Positions 27,333 to 38,251 of a stretch of DNA of 64,000 nucleotides are shown in pieces (the stretch's first letter is position 1; each line of letters opens with the position of its first letter). Origin of the DNA: Octopus sinensis (taxonomy: Eukaryota); contig NC_042997.1 of assembly GCF_006345805.1 (NCBI RefSeq), positions 211,172,001 to 211,236,000 on the forward strand, written 5' to 3'. Under the pieces are notes generated by a model. The model was not told the DNA's origin, searched no databases, and was given only the letters and a program-made list of their open reading frames with translations. The position numbers were made by a program, and so were the translations under genes.

Positions 27333-27567
27333 GGGCACGTAACAAACACCATCCGATCGTGGCCGTTCGCCAGCCTCGTCTGGCACCTGTGTCGGTGGCA
27401 CTTAAAATCACCCACTACACTCTCGGAGTGGTTGGCGTTAGGAAGGGCATCCAGCTGTAGAAACACTGCCAGATCTGACTGGCCTGGTGCAGCCTTTGGG
27501 CTCCCCAGACCCCAGTTGAACCGTCCAACCCATGGAAAGCGGACGTTAAACGATGATGATGATGATG

Positions 27568-27569
<2 letters not shown>
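27333..27569 (+). mobile_element. Retroposon family D copy
   Basis: Ends in (gat)n. Confidence 0.8.
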
Positions 27570-27600
<31 letters not shown>

Positions 27601-28084
27601 TACACTCATACTGGTAGCATGTAAAAGTACCTATTACACTCTTGAAGTGGTTGGTGTTAAGGAGAACATCCAGCCATAGAAAACCATACCAAATCAGACT
27701 GGAGTCTGGTGCTGCCTTACAGCATACCAGCATGGACAATGAATGTTAAATGATGATGATGATGATATATTATACACACAGAGAATATGGGGTCTTAGTT
27801 CACTGGTGATGTAAATGAATTTGTATGCTGGATAATGCTGTAATGGATTGTTATGGCTCCAAGCTCATAACTGAGATGGGAGTTAGCATTTTAAGTTAGT
27901 AGTGCTTTTTACATGGCACAAGCACAGTTTCGGCAAGGTTTCTACAACTGGATGTCCTTCCAAACACCAACCACTTTACAGTGTGGACTGAGTGCTTTTA
28001 AGTGTCACCTGCACTGACAGGATTACCAAGTACTTGCAAGACTAAAAAATATATGTATTCATAGCCACTCTTAGAGAAGTTTTG

Positions 28085-29217
28085 TTCCAGTGACATGTAA
28101 AAAGCACCATCCAAATGTGGCCGATGCCTGTACCCCATCATTGGCCCCTGATAGTAAAAAGCACTATCTGAATGTGATCAATGCCTGGCCTGCCTGACTG
28201 GCTCCTGTGCCAGTGGCACGTAAAAAGCACCCACTACACTCTCGGAGTGGTTGGCATTAGGAAGGGCATCCAGCTGTAGAAACTTTGCCGAATCAGATTG
28301 GAGTCTGGTGCAGCCCCCTGGCTTACCAGTCTCCAACCCATGCCAGCATGGAAAATGGACGATAAACGATGATGTTGATGATGATATATATACATATATA
28401 TATATATGCCAGTGCCCCCTGACTGGCTCCTGTGCTGGTGGCACGTAAAAGCACCATCTGAATGTGGTCAATTCTAGTGCTGCCTGACTAACTCATGCAC
28501 CAGTGGCATGTAAAAACCACCGACTACACTCTCTGAGTGGTTGGCATTAGGAAGGGCATCCAGCTGTAGACACCATGCCAGATCAGATTGGAACCTGGTG
28601 CAGCCTTCATGGCTTCCCAGTCCCCAGTCAAACCATCCAACCCATGCCAGCATGGAGAACGGATGTTAAACAATGATGATGATCACACACGCACGCACGC
28701 ATGAAATAGCACAGAACCAAAACTAAGGCATTTCAATTTAAGAAGGAGTTTAATAAAAACGATTTTAAAAATTGTATAAAGAAAATATTACTGGTTTTGA
28801 TGATGAACCTCTTCTTATCGAATATCAGTAAAAATCTATAAAAGTTTTGAAGTAAAAACAGTTTATTTTCTGTCTCTGGACCAAAAACATGTATATATAT
28901 ATGAATATGAGAACCATCCGAACGCGGCCATTGCCAGCGCCGCCCCAACTGCCTCCGTGCCAGTGGCACGTAAAAAGCACCATCTGATCGTAGCCGTGGC
29001 CGTTGCTAGCCTCGTCTGGCACCTGTGCCGGTGGCACGTAAAAAGCACCCAATACACTCATGGAGTGGTTGGCGTTAGGAAGGGCATCCAGCTGTAGAAA
29101 CACTGCCAGGTCAGACTGGGCCTGGTGCAGCCTTCTGGCTTCCCAGACCCCAGTTGAACCGTCCAACCCATGCCAGCATGGAAAGCGGACGTTAAACGAT
29201 GATGATGATGATGATGA
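28085..29217 (+). mobile_element. Cluster of three same-orientation family D copies (about 28085-28385, 28410-28683, 28910-29217)
   Basis: Each ends ..acgttaaac(gat)n or a close variant. Confidence 0.75.
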
Positions 29218-30533
29218 TATGAGGCACGCTCTTGCACACACACACACACAATCACCATCAACATTTTATGTCTGTTTTGCATGGTTTGGAGGATTTGTTA
29301 TGGTTGTAGCCGTCCTAGATGGGACAGAGAACCAATCCTTATTTTGTCATCAGTTTTGCCAGTTTCTATGCTTCGATGTTCTTCCGACCACCAACTTCTT
29401 CACAGAATGTATTGATTACATTTTCTCGTGGCACTACATTAGTGAGGTTACTGTGCGACTCTCAAAACCAAAGAAACCCTGAGAGGATGGATGGAAGGCT
29501 GATGATAGAGGCTGGGCTTCAGGGGCTGTGTTAAGCGGGGATGAAGAGTAATAATAATTTCACATCAGTGGATGGTAGAGGAGGGGTTAATAGGAGGTGG
29601 TGTTGGTGTGGAGGCAGAGTCAGGACTGTAAAGAGGGGTGGGCGTTACCCCTTAATGAACAGGTGAATGTGAGCAGTGGGGAAGGGAGTGGTGTAGGACG
29701 AGGAGACAAGTGAAGATGGACTCATGAGGAGATGGTTCGTGAAAGAGAGCAGAGAGGGAGGGAGACTGATGATTGCCAAGTCAGCAAAGAAACCATGGAA
29801 GGAGGAGGGTTCAATGAAAGAGGGGTAAGAGGTAGGGTGTTGTAGAGGCTGAGGCAATGGGGACAATGGTTGAGTGACGGGAAAGCATCCCAGCCACCAG
29901 CTCTTTCCCCCCTCCCCCCAGCTTTTTGCTCTTCATGCAAAGAGTGTAGCTCTTCCCCAGTTCTGCCTGTTGCTCTCCATCACAATCTAGCTGCATGGGG
30001 TCTGGTGAATGCAGAGGGTCTTCTACTTATCCCTTTTTCCACCTTGTTGTCAAAACGTCATCAAAGTAGATCCTTATATTACTATAGTAATACTGGATCA
30101 TCAGCATCTCCTATAATACTCTTGTGTCTTTCTCTGTCACAATATATGAGTGAGAAAAGAAGGGGTGGTAGAGGAGTAAGGAAGGAAGGGGTGATGGCAA
30201 ACTTGGTAGTGGGATGATGGAAATTCTACAGTGAAAAAAAAATCAAACAGCGTTTCAACTCTGTGTGAGTGTATGTGTGTGCATGTACAAGGGAGGTATG
30301 TGAATGTTTGTATGTTTGAATCAGCTTTCTTTCAGTAACAATCAATGATTGATGTCACATCTCAAAAGACAACCACTAGATAACATTGACAAATGTATTA
30401 ATTTGATTTACCATCATAAAATACTACAAATAGCCATCATTTTTGACAGTATGGGGCCAGCTGGTATCTTATGTTACTTATATTCATATCATTGGCTCTA
30501 AATTCTTTAATCTCGTTCGATTCTCTGAATATA

Positions 30534-31910
30534 TTACTCAGTGTAGTTATTAAAGAGGTATGGTGATAGCATGCATTCTTGTTTTACACCTCTTTTGCTA
30601 TCTGATGGCGCTGACAATTCCTGGTCTACTTTGATGGTTCCAATATAACACAGGTGGTTATAATATCCAATTTTGGTTCCAATATAACACAGGTGGTTAT
30701 AATATCCAATTTTGGTTCCAATATAACACAGATGGTTATAATATCCAATTTTGGTTCCAATATAACACAGGTGGTTATAATATCCAATTTTGGTTCCAAT
30801 ATAACACAGGTGGTTATAATATCCAATTTTGGTTCCAATATAACACAGGTGGTTATAATATCCAATTTTGGTTCCAATATAACACAGGTGGTTATAATAT
30901 CCAATTTTGGTTCCGATATAACACAGGTGGTTATAATATCCAATTTTGGTTCCGATATAACAAAGGTGGTTATAATATCCAATTTTGGTTCCGATATAAC
31001 ACAGGTGGTTATAATATCCAATTTTGGTTCCAATATAACACAGGTGGTTATAATATCCAATTTTGGTTCCAATATAACACAGGTGGTTATAATATCCAAT
31101 TTTGGTTCCAATATAACACAGGTGGTTATAATATCCAATTTTGGTTCCAATATAACACAGATGGTTATAATATCCAATTTTGGTTCCAATATAACACAGG
31201 TGGTTATAATATCCAATTTTGGTTCCAATTAACACAGGTGGTTATAATATCCAATTTTGGTTCCAATATGACACAGGTGGTTATAATATCCAATTTTGGT
31301 TCCAATATAACACAGGTGGTTATAATATCCAATTTTGGTTCCAATATAACACAGGTGGTTATAATATCCAATTTTGGTTCCAATATAACACAGGTGGTTA
31401 TAATATCCAATTTTGGTTCCAATATAACACAGGTGGTTATAATATCTAATTTTGGTTCCAATATAACACAGGTGGTTATAATATCCTTTCTTTCTCAGCT
31501 CTGTATGCTGTATGCAGTCAAATACTTTGACTTAATCTTTGAAGCAAGCAAATACATCTCTCTCTACTTGCGTATGCTTTTCTATCTCAGTTCTAAATCC
31601 AAATCGCTCCTCACTGACTTCTGCATTTTGATTTTTATTCTTCCTGGTAAGGTTATCATCATCATCATTTCACGTCTGCCTTCCATGCTAGCGTGGGTGA
31701 GATGGTTTCACAAGAACCGGCCAGGCAGAAGCCTGCACCCGACTGCTGTGACTTTTGGTAGAAATATTTTAAGAGCATGAGACATGAGGCTGGTAGCCTT
31801 GCAGTCAGAGTACTCATTGACCTTAGGATTTTTCCGCTTTGAAGTCACGAGAGAAGTATCCAGACTCATAGATGTCATTGAAAAGGTCTGTGAGTTTTTT
31901 ACTGCCATAA
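30534..31910 (-). mobile_element. RTE-clade reverse transcriptase remnant interrupted by a minisatellite
   Basis: Minus strand, in order: KRKNPKVNEYSDCKATSLMSHALKIFL; EVSEERFGFR..DVFACFKD*VKVFDCIQH; [array]; IKVDQELSAPSDSKRGVKQECMLSPYLFNNYTE. These are canonical non-LTR RT motifs in the right order. Confidence 0.85.
30636..31486. repeat. 39-bp minisatellite, about 22 copies
   Basis: Unit ggttccaatataacacaggtggttataatatccaatttt. Confidence 0.97.
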
Positions 31911-33059
31911 TCTTCTGGCGCTTCTAACATTTCACATGCTATTGTATCTGACCTTGGAGTTTTACGTTTTCTCATCTTCTTGATGACATGTTCCACCTCA
32001 GACTTCTCTATGGTCAGATGCCCTTCCTGTCACCAACTCTCATTTGCTCCTAGGCAAGGTATTATTCCCCCACCCCACCCCAGGGCCCGCACATTTTTGT
32101 GGAAGATTGAAACAAAAGGCTCTTGCTTCCATGACAGTGGCACTCATTTACAACTATCATGTGAAATGAAGGCAAGGAGACAGTATTGTGAACACACACA
32201 AATATATATACAGTGGGCTTCGTTCAGTTTCCCTATACCAAATCCACTCAAAGCTTTGTGCCAGACATGCCATGCAGTGGAATTGAACTCCAAACCATGG
32301 GATTGAGAAGCAAGCTTCTTCCTATACTTGTGCCTACACACACATACATACACACATGTATGTATAATAGGCATGTATATGTATATGTATGTCAGTAGTC
32401 CAGACATAAGTAATGATGATGATATATATCAAATGGAATTCAGGTAATTAAATACATGCTGTTAGTGTTCAAGCATGAACTGCAACTAAACAGAGTTGTT
32501 AGCTGTCTAACAATGATTGGCTGTTGGTGATTTACCAGTTAAACACAGTTAAACAGGTACAAGTATAATAGAATAAACTTTTAAGCATGCAGACAAACTT
32601 GTATCAGGTTAGATCGTGATATATTTTTTAAAATAAGGGTTGAGTTGTTAAAAGAGAATAAATCACAAAGAAAGAAGGGAAGTAAGGTGTGCAGATAGTT
32701 GTTTAACAGCTGTTTCGAAGAACAAGTGGGCATATAATGCATTTTCCTACAAATGAACAGTAGCTGTCCCAATGATGGAATTGGTCACTATTGTATGGAT
32801 AGCCATTGTTCATTTGTGCATCTGTTCTTTGAAACAGCTGTTAAGAGACTATCTTCACACCTTCTCTTTTTCTCTTGTAAATCAGTGTTACTGTCATACA
32901 AGTGGTGTCTTACATTTCCATGGAAACATTCTTGATAGGGGGAAGTATGACCTTGGAAAAAGGCGAGGCTTGGTGACAGGAAGGGCATCAAGCTACAAAA
33001 CATCTGCTTTGACAAATACCTTCCTACCCATCTGAGCATTGATATGTGGGTGTTAAAAT

Positions 33060-33401
33060 GATGATGATGATCATCATCATCATCGTTTAACGTGCACTTT
33101 CCATGCTAGCATGGTTTGGACAGTTTGACTGAAGACTGGCGAACCAGATGGCTGCACCAGGCTTTCTACAGCTGGATGCCCTTCCTAATGCCAACCACTC
33201 CGAGAGTGTAGTGGGTGCTTTTACGTGTCACCAGCATGAGGGCCAATCAGTCAGTACTGGCAATGGCCACGCTCAAATGGTGTTTTTTACATGCCACCTG
33301 CACTGGAGCCAGTCCAGCAGCACTGGCAACGATCTCGCTTGAATGTTTTTCATGTGTCACTGGCACAAGTGCCAGTAAGGCAATGCTGGTAACGATATAT
33401 A

Positions 33402-33439
<38 letters not shown>

Positions 33440-33830
33440 ATCATCGTTTAACATCCACTTATACACACACGCCTACACACATCATAATGGGCTTTCAGTT
33501 TCCATCTAGAAAGTCCACTCGCAAATCTTTGGTCAGGCTGGGACTAGTTGAAGACATCTGCCCAAGGTGAGACACAGTTGGATTGATTCTGAGAATGTTA
33601 ATTAAAATAAAGTACTCTTTAATGCATGTCATTCATCATCATCGTTTAATGTCCACCTTCTATGCTGGCATAGGTTGGATGGTTTGACCAGGCATTGGCT
33701 AGGCAGAAGCCTGCACCAGACTTCTGTGTCTGGTTTGGCTTGGTTTTTACAGCTGGATGCCCTTCCAAATGCCAACCACTTTACAATGTGGACTGGATGC
33801 TTTTTATGTGGCACCAGCACAGACAGGGTC
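33060..33830 (-). mobile_element. Two family D copies (about 33060-33395 and 33633-33830)
   Basis: (cat)n heads on + plus the consensus body. Confidence 0.7.
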
Positions 33831-34499
33831 ACCAAGTAACTTGCAAGGCAAAGACCCTTTGAGATGGGAGACAGAATTGGAGGAGGGGATCTTGTGTCAG
33901 ATGTTGAAAAGTTATAGTGAGACAGAGAAAGAAACAGGGGTCTTGCTGTAGAGGAGGTACGAGGTTACTGAGCCAGCTGGAGAGAGAGAGAGAGATGAGG
34001 AGAGAAACAGGTGTACTGCTGTAAAGCAGATACATGGTTACCCAGCCTGAGGGAAGAGCAAGAGAAGGAGAGGGAGAGAGAGTGGGAGACATCAGGATAG
34101 AGATGGTGGCAAAGTGTGCTGGGCATACTCACAAGGGACAGGGATCAGAAAATGGGATGGTCGAGTAAAGGGAGAGAGTGATGATGGTGGCAAGTGCCAA
34201 GGTATTGCCCTTGAGGCACCGAGGTTATGAATGGTAGGACATTGCTAAAGAAAAGTGAGTAGAGAGTGGGGGTGGGGAATGTAGGGAGTGGTGAAAACCT
34301 GGGTACACAGAGGGGGTGGAGGGCTGCTAGATAGCAATGATACAGTGAACAGAGCCCTGAGGATAGGGTTGCGAAGTGAGAGGTGGGTATAGCGCATGAA
34401 GGAGAAGAGATATATTTAGGTTTGTCGGGGTAGGGTGTGTGAAAAGCTTTCTTGTTATATGTGGGTGGGACACACAGTGCTTCTAGAATTCAGTTTTTC

Positions 34500-34830
34500 T
34501 GATGTCGGCAGATCTTCTCAAGAACTTCATATCACCAGACATCTCAGTACATTGTCATTTTTCCATGGGGCCCAACTTCCTGAGATCGGTCCTTCCCACT
34601 TCATCCCGTGTCTTCCTGGTTCTCCCTCTTCCATGGATACCATCCACTTTCAGTGATCTGCACTTCTTTATTCCAGCTGTCCTCATTCATACGCATCACA
34701 TCTCCAAACCAAGGTAGTCTTCTCTCTTGCAAGCTACATTTGATTCCTCTCATGCCCAACTTTTTCTCTCAACACGTTTCCACTTTGCCATCCAAGCACA
34801 CTGAGGTTCCGGCAGAGCAGACTGCTTCCA
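34500..34830 (-). mobile_element. RTE LINE C-terminal remnant
   Basis: Minus strand LREKLGMRGIKCSLQERRLPWFGDVMRMNEDSW resembles RTE RRLRWFGHVMRM. Confidence 0.75.
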
Positions 34831-35045
34831 CTTCTCTCATAAAACATAATTTTTTGTTGAAAGTTAAAATATTTTCTTGATCGTTTTGCTTGCTTTTTTA
34901 AAAATCTTATTGATGAAATATGAAGGTTAACTCCATATTATTAAATTCCTAATTAGACATTATAGCTTTTAATTAAAAATATAACAAGACAATATAGCTG
35001 TTAAATGGAATATTTAAAATATCTTATTTTCTTTTTCTGCTGCAG

Positions 35046-35270
35046 GCATCTTGATTTAGGTATGTTAGACCAAAGATCAAAGACAAATTACCAAGACCCT
35101 GAAAAAATTCTCAGCAGGATAATTCTCGGTCTTCCTGATCTTGTGTCCTTGGATATTTCTGGTACAAACCTTGCTGGAGAGAAAGCAGTGACACCGGAAT
35201 CACACCGACTCGGGGTCAGAAGACCAAATACAAAATTAAAAGAAGAAGAATCAGAAGAAACAAACTGCAG
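35046..35270 (+). CDS. ZER1: ZER1 coding exon 2
   Basis: tgcag|G acceptor and ag|gtaaat donor, 225 nt, phase 2-2. AG+G completes Arg: RHLDLGMLDQ..LPDLVSLDISGTNL, resembling ZER1 LRHLDIS..LMSLDISG. Confidence 0.92.
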
Positions 35271-35360
35271 GTAAATACCTGAATATCATATCAGTGTGCG
35301 TGTGTGTGTGTGGGGGGGCGAGACAGAAAGAGAGAGAGAGATAAAGGGGGGTGGAGATAG

Positions 35361-35845
35361 CAGCAGTGTTTTGGGATTTGTTGTGATCTCCTTTTTTTAT
35401 TTCAATGAGGTTGAATTCCTTCACATCCATCTTTTCCAATTCTTCCTTGGCTTTCCTTAGTCTTCCTCTTTCACAGGTTCCATCAACTTGGACAATAACT
35501 GACACCCTCACATATCCTACCCTGATCTTTCCCATTATCTGACCACAAAATAGGGACCAACTATAAACAAGAAAGACAAAAATAACATTCTATTAGTTAC
35601 GATGACAAGGGCCTGCTTGTGAAATTAATTTAGAAGTGGCTGAGCACTCCATAGACATGAATACCCTTAACGTAGTTCTCAGGGAGATTCAGCTTGACAC
35701 AGAATGTGACAAGGCTGGTCCTTTGAAATGCAGGTACAACTCATTTTTGCCAGGTGAGTGGACTGGAGTGGCAAGAAATAAAGTGTCTTGCTCAAGGATA
35801 CAATGCACCACCAGGAATTGAACTCACCACCTTGTGATTGTGAGC
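35361..35845 (-). repeat. Composite SINE+LINE segment, copy 2 of inverted duplication
   Basis: Reverse complement of 18862-19347; starts 91 bp after the exon 2 donor. Confidence 0.9.
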
Positions 35846-35883
35846 ATCTCAACAGAAATATGTAACAGAGAAGCAATTCTTAA

Positions 35884-36106
35884 TTCTTTCAATACCAACA
35901 CAGCTGAAACCACCTCTGGCTCTAAGTACTAATGTCTTGTTTTCATATATTTTGAATGAAAATCTTCCACCAAACCTTAGTCACAATTTATGTTCCTAAG
36001 ACTAGCTGAATGATAACGAAGTCTTTTTACTAAATTCTTTGTTTATATTTAAGATTAATTGAAAGAAACACAGAGCATTTCAACAGAAATTTCGGTACGA
36101 AAAGGG
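35884..36106. mobile_element. piggyBac-like MITE family P1 copy
   Basis: Similar to 6561-6776; right end AAAGGG|TTAA. Confidence 0.75.
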
Positions 36107-36354
36107 TTAACCAAAACAAACAAAACCCTTAATTTATTTTTGTGCTGCGATTGTGTTATATAACGAGTGATGACATGCAGGTATTATATAACGAGTAATG
36201 AGATGGAGGTAATTGCACCTCAGATGTTAACACTAATATTTTAAAGGCTTTTACTTCATTGGTCATGATGACCATGTGATCCAGGTGATGTGGACAACCG
36301 AACAACCTGTTTGTGAAATTAACATGCAAGTGGTTGAGCATTCGACAGACATAT

Positions 36355-36595
36355 ATACCTATTTCTTTACTACCCACAAGGGGCTAAACACAGAGAGGAC
36401 AAACAAGGACAGATAAACAGATTAAGTCGATTATATCGACCCCAGTGCGTAACTGGTACTTAATTTATCGACCTCGAAAGGATGAAAGGCAAAGTTGACC
36501 TCGGCGGAATTTGAACTCAGAACGTAGCGGCAGCCGAAATACCACTAATTATTTTGCCCAGCGTGTTAACGATTCTGCCAGCTCGCCACCTTAAC
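36355..36595 (-). mobile_element. SINE family A full copy
   Basis: Reverse complement of the family A consensus. Confidence 0.8.
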
Positions 36596-36914
36596 CATAC
36601 ACAGACCTATGTACCATTAATGTAGATCTTAGGGAGATTCAGTGTGACGTAGAATGTGATGAGGGTGTCCGTTTGAAATATGAGTACAACTCATTTTTAC
36701 CAGCTGAGTGGAGTGGAGCAATGTGAAATCAAGCCTGGTATAGTGGTTAGCTTACTGGACTCACAATTGTAAGGTTGTGAGGTCGATACACAGTCATGTG
36801 TAGTGTCCTCAAGCAAGGCTGTATATCACAAATATTTGTGCCCTTGCTAATGGTTACAATGCATTTGTGGAGGTACACTCACCTCCACTACTAATTACTT
36901 AGGTAACAAAATCA

Positions 36915-37122
36915 TCAGTGACACTCCTCACTAGGAACCAAAGCATGGAGACTCAAATGCAGGTAGACCACATCAAACCGACATAAAGCAACTGCGCGAG
37001 GACTCTGAGTGCACCTGAGAAGAATTCCTCCTCTGTGCAGTGGCAGACGAAACAGACTGGAGAGAACGAGTGAGGGCAACCCAAGCAACAAGCACAACCA
37101 GGTGGTAAGGGTGGCTCAGCTG
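36915..37122 (+). mobile_element. RTE-type LINE 3' end remnant
   Basis: EPKHGDSNAGRPHQTDIKQLREDSECT*EE..DETDWRERVRA resembles RTE W.P.HG....GRP..TYI.QL..D...DR..WRERV. Confidence 0.65.
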
Positions 37123-37130
37123 CAGCAACA

Positions 37131-37498
37131 AGTGGAGGCACAATGGCCCAATGGTTAGGGCAGCGGACTCGCGGTCGGAGGATCGCGGTTTCGATTCCCA
37201 GGCCGAGCGTTGTGCGTGTTTATTGAGCGAAAACACCTAAAGCTCCACGAGGCTCCGGCAGGGGGTGGTGGCAACCCCTGTTGTACACTTTCGCTCCAAC
37301 TTTCTCTCACTCTTTCTTCCTGTTTCTTGACCCCCGACTTCCTATGCAACCGCTGAGCCTGGATGCGCATTCATCCATCCATCGATGCTCTCGGTGTCGG
37401 GGGTTGACCTGCTTTCTCTTCTGCGGTTCTTACAAATAGCAAAGGACCATGTTTCGGACTTCTCCCAAGAGGACGAAGACCGCTTCGCTCAACAGCAA
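37131..37498 (+). mobile_element. tRNA(Arg)-like SINE, family C head with a different 3' half
   Basis: First about 195 bp match 15094 onward, then an unrelated tail ending in (cagcaa)n. cagcaaca is repeated on both sides. Confidence 0.8.
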
Positions 37499-38157
37499 CA
37501 GCAACAACTTTAAGGAAACTTTCTTGGAATTTGAAAGACTATCGCCTGAGTAATCTTACAGATGCTTACTCTTGTACACAATCTCTACCCCACCCCACCT
37601 CAGTTTGCCAGTTTGCAATCTCATCGCATTCCTTGTACATCTACAGTTGACACTGGATACACCACATGCAATTTCTAGCTGCTCCCTTTCCCCCCACCCC
37701 CATATATGGCACAGTCATTTCTCTGAATGTGGCAACATTCTGCTTTCTTCTTTCCTTAAAAACTTTAGTCTTTGGTAACTTTACTTTAAAGCATCTCAAT
37801 TCTGGGTTTTGTTTCCCTGCCTGGAATTTCTTCAACCTGTGGCCTCAACACATTGATTTGTAGCAAACAGATGCGTTTGTACCATTTCTTATTCATTCAT
37901 TTCACTTACCATCTATTTTCTATGCTGGCATGAGTTGAACGCTTCAATAGCTGATGGCAAGGCTGGAGAGCTGCATCCGGCTTCAGTCATCTGGTTTGAC
38001 ATGCTGCCTATGGTTGGCTGTCCTTCCCCATGCAAACCTCTTTGCAGAATGTACTGGGTGCTTTTTATGGGGTGCCATCACCAGTGATTTTTACATGGCA
38101 CCAACATTTTGTGTGTGTATAAGTTATTAATTCATGCTTTTTTGGATTTCTTTCTAG

Positions 38158-38251
38158 CATTCCTGGTTTACATGGGAAAACTCTTGATTTTCTTGGACTT
38201 TTAAACTGTGCTAACGATGCTTGTGAACGAGAAAGCATACCTGCAAAACTA
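38158..38251 (+). CDS. ZER1: ZER1 coding exon 3
   Basis: ttctag|C to cta|gtaagt, 94 nt, phase 2-0. SIPGLHGKTLDFLGLLNCANDACERESIPAKL resembles ZER1 LQFLGL..HIPAYK. Confidence 0.9.

Noticed and set aside
30534-31780. ORFs of 180-233 aa on both strands
   Set aside because: Read-through of the 39-bp array. Only the flanks are RT-derived, and they are broken by stops and frameshifts.
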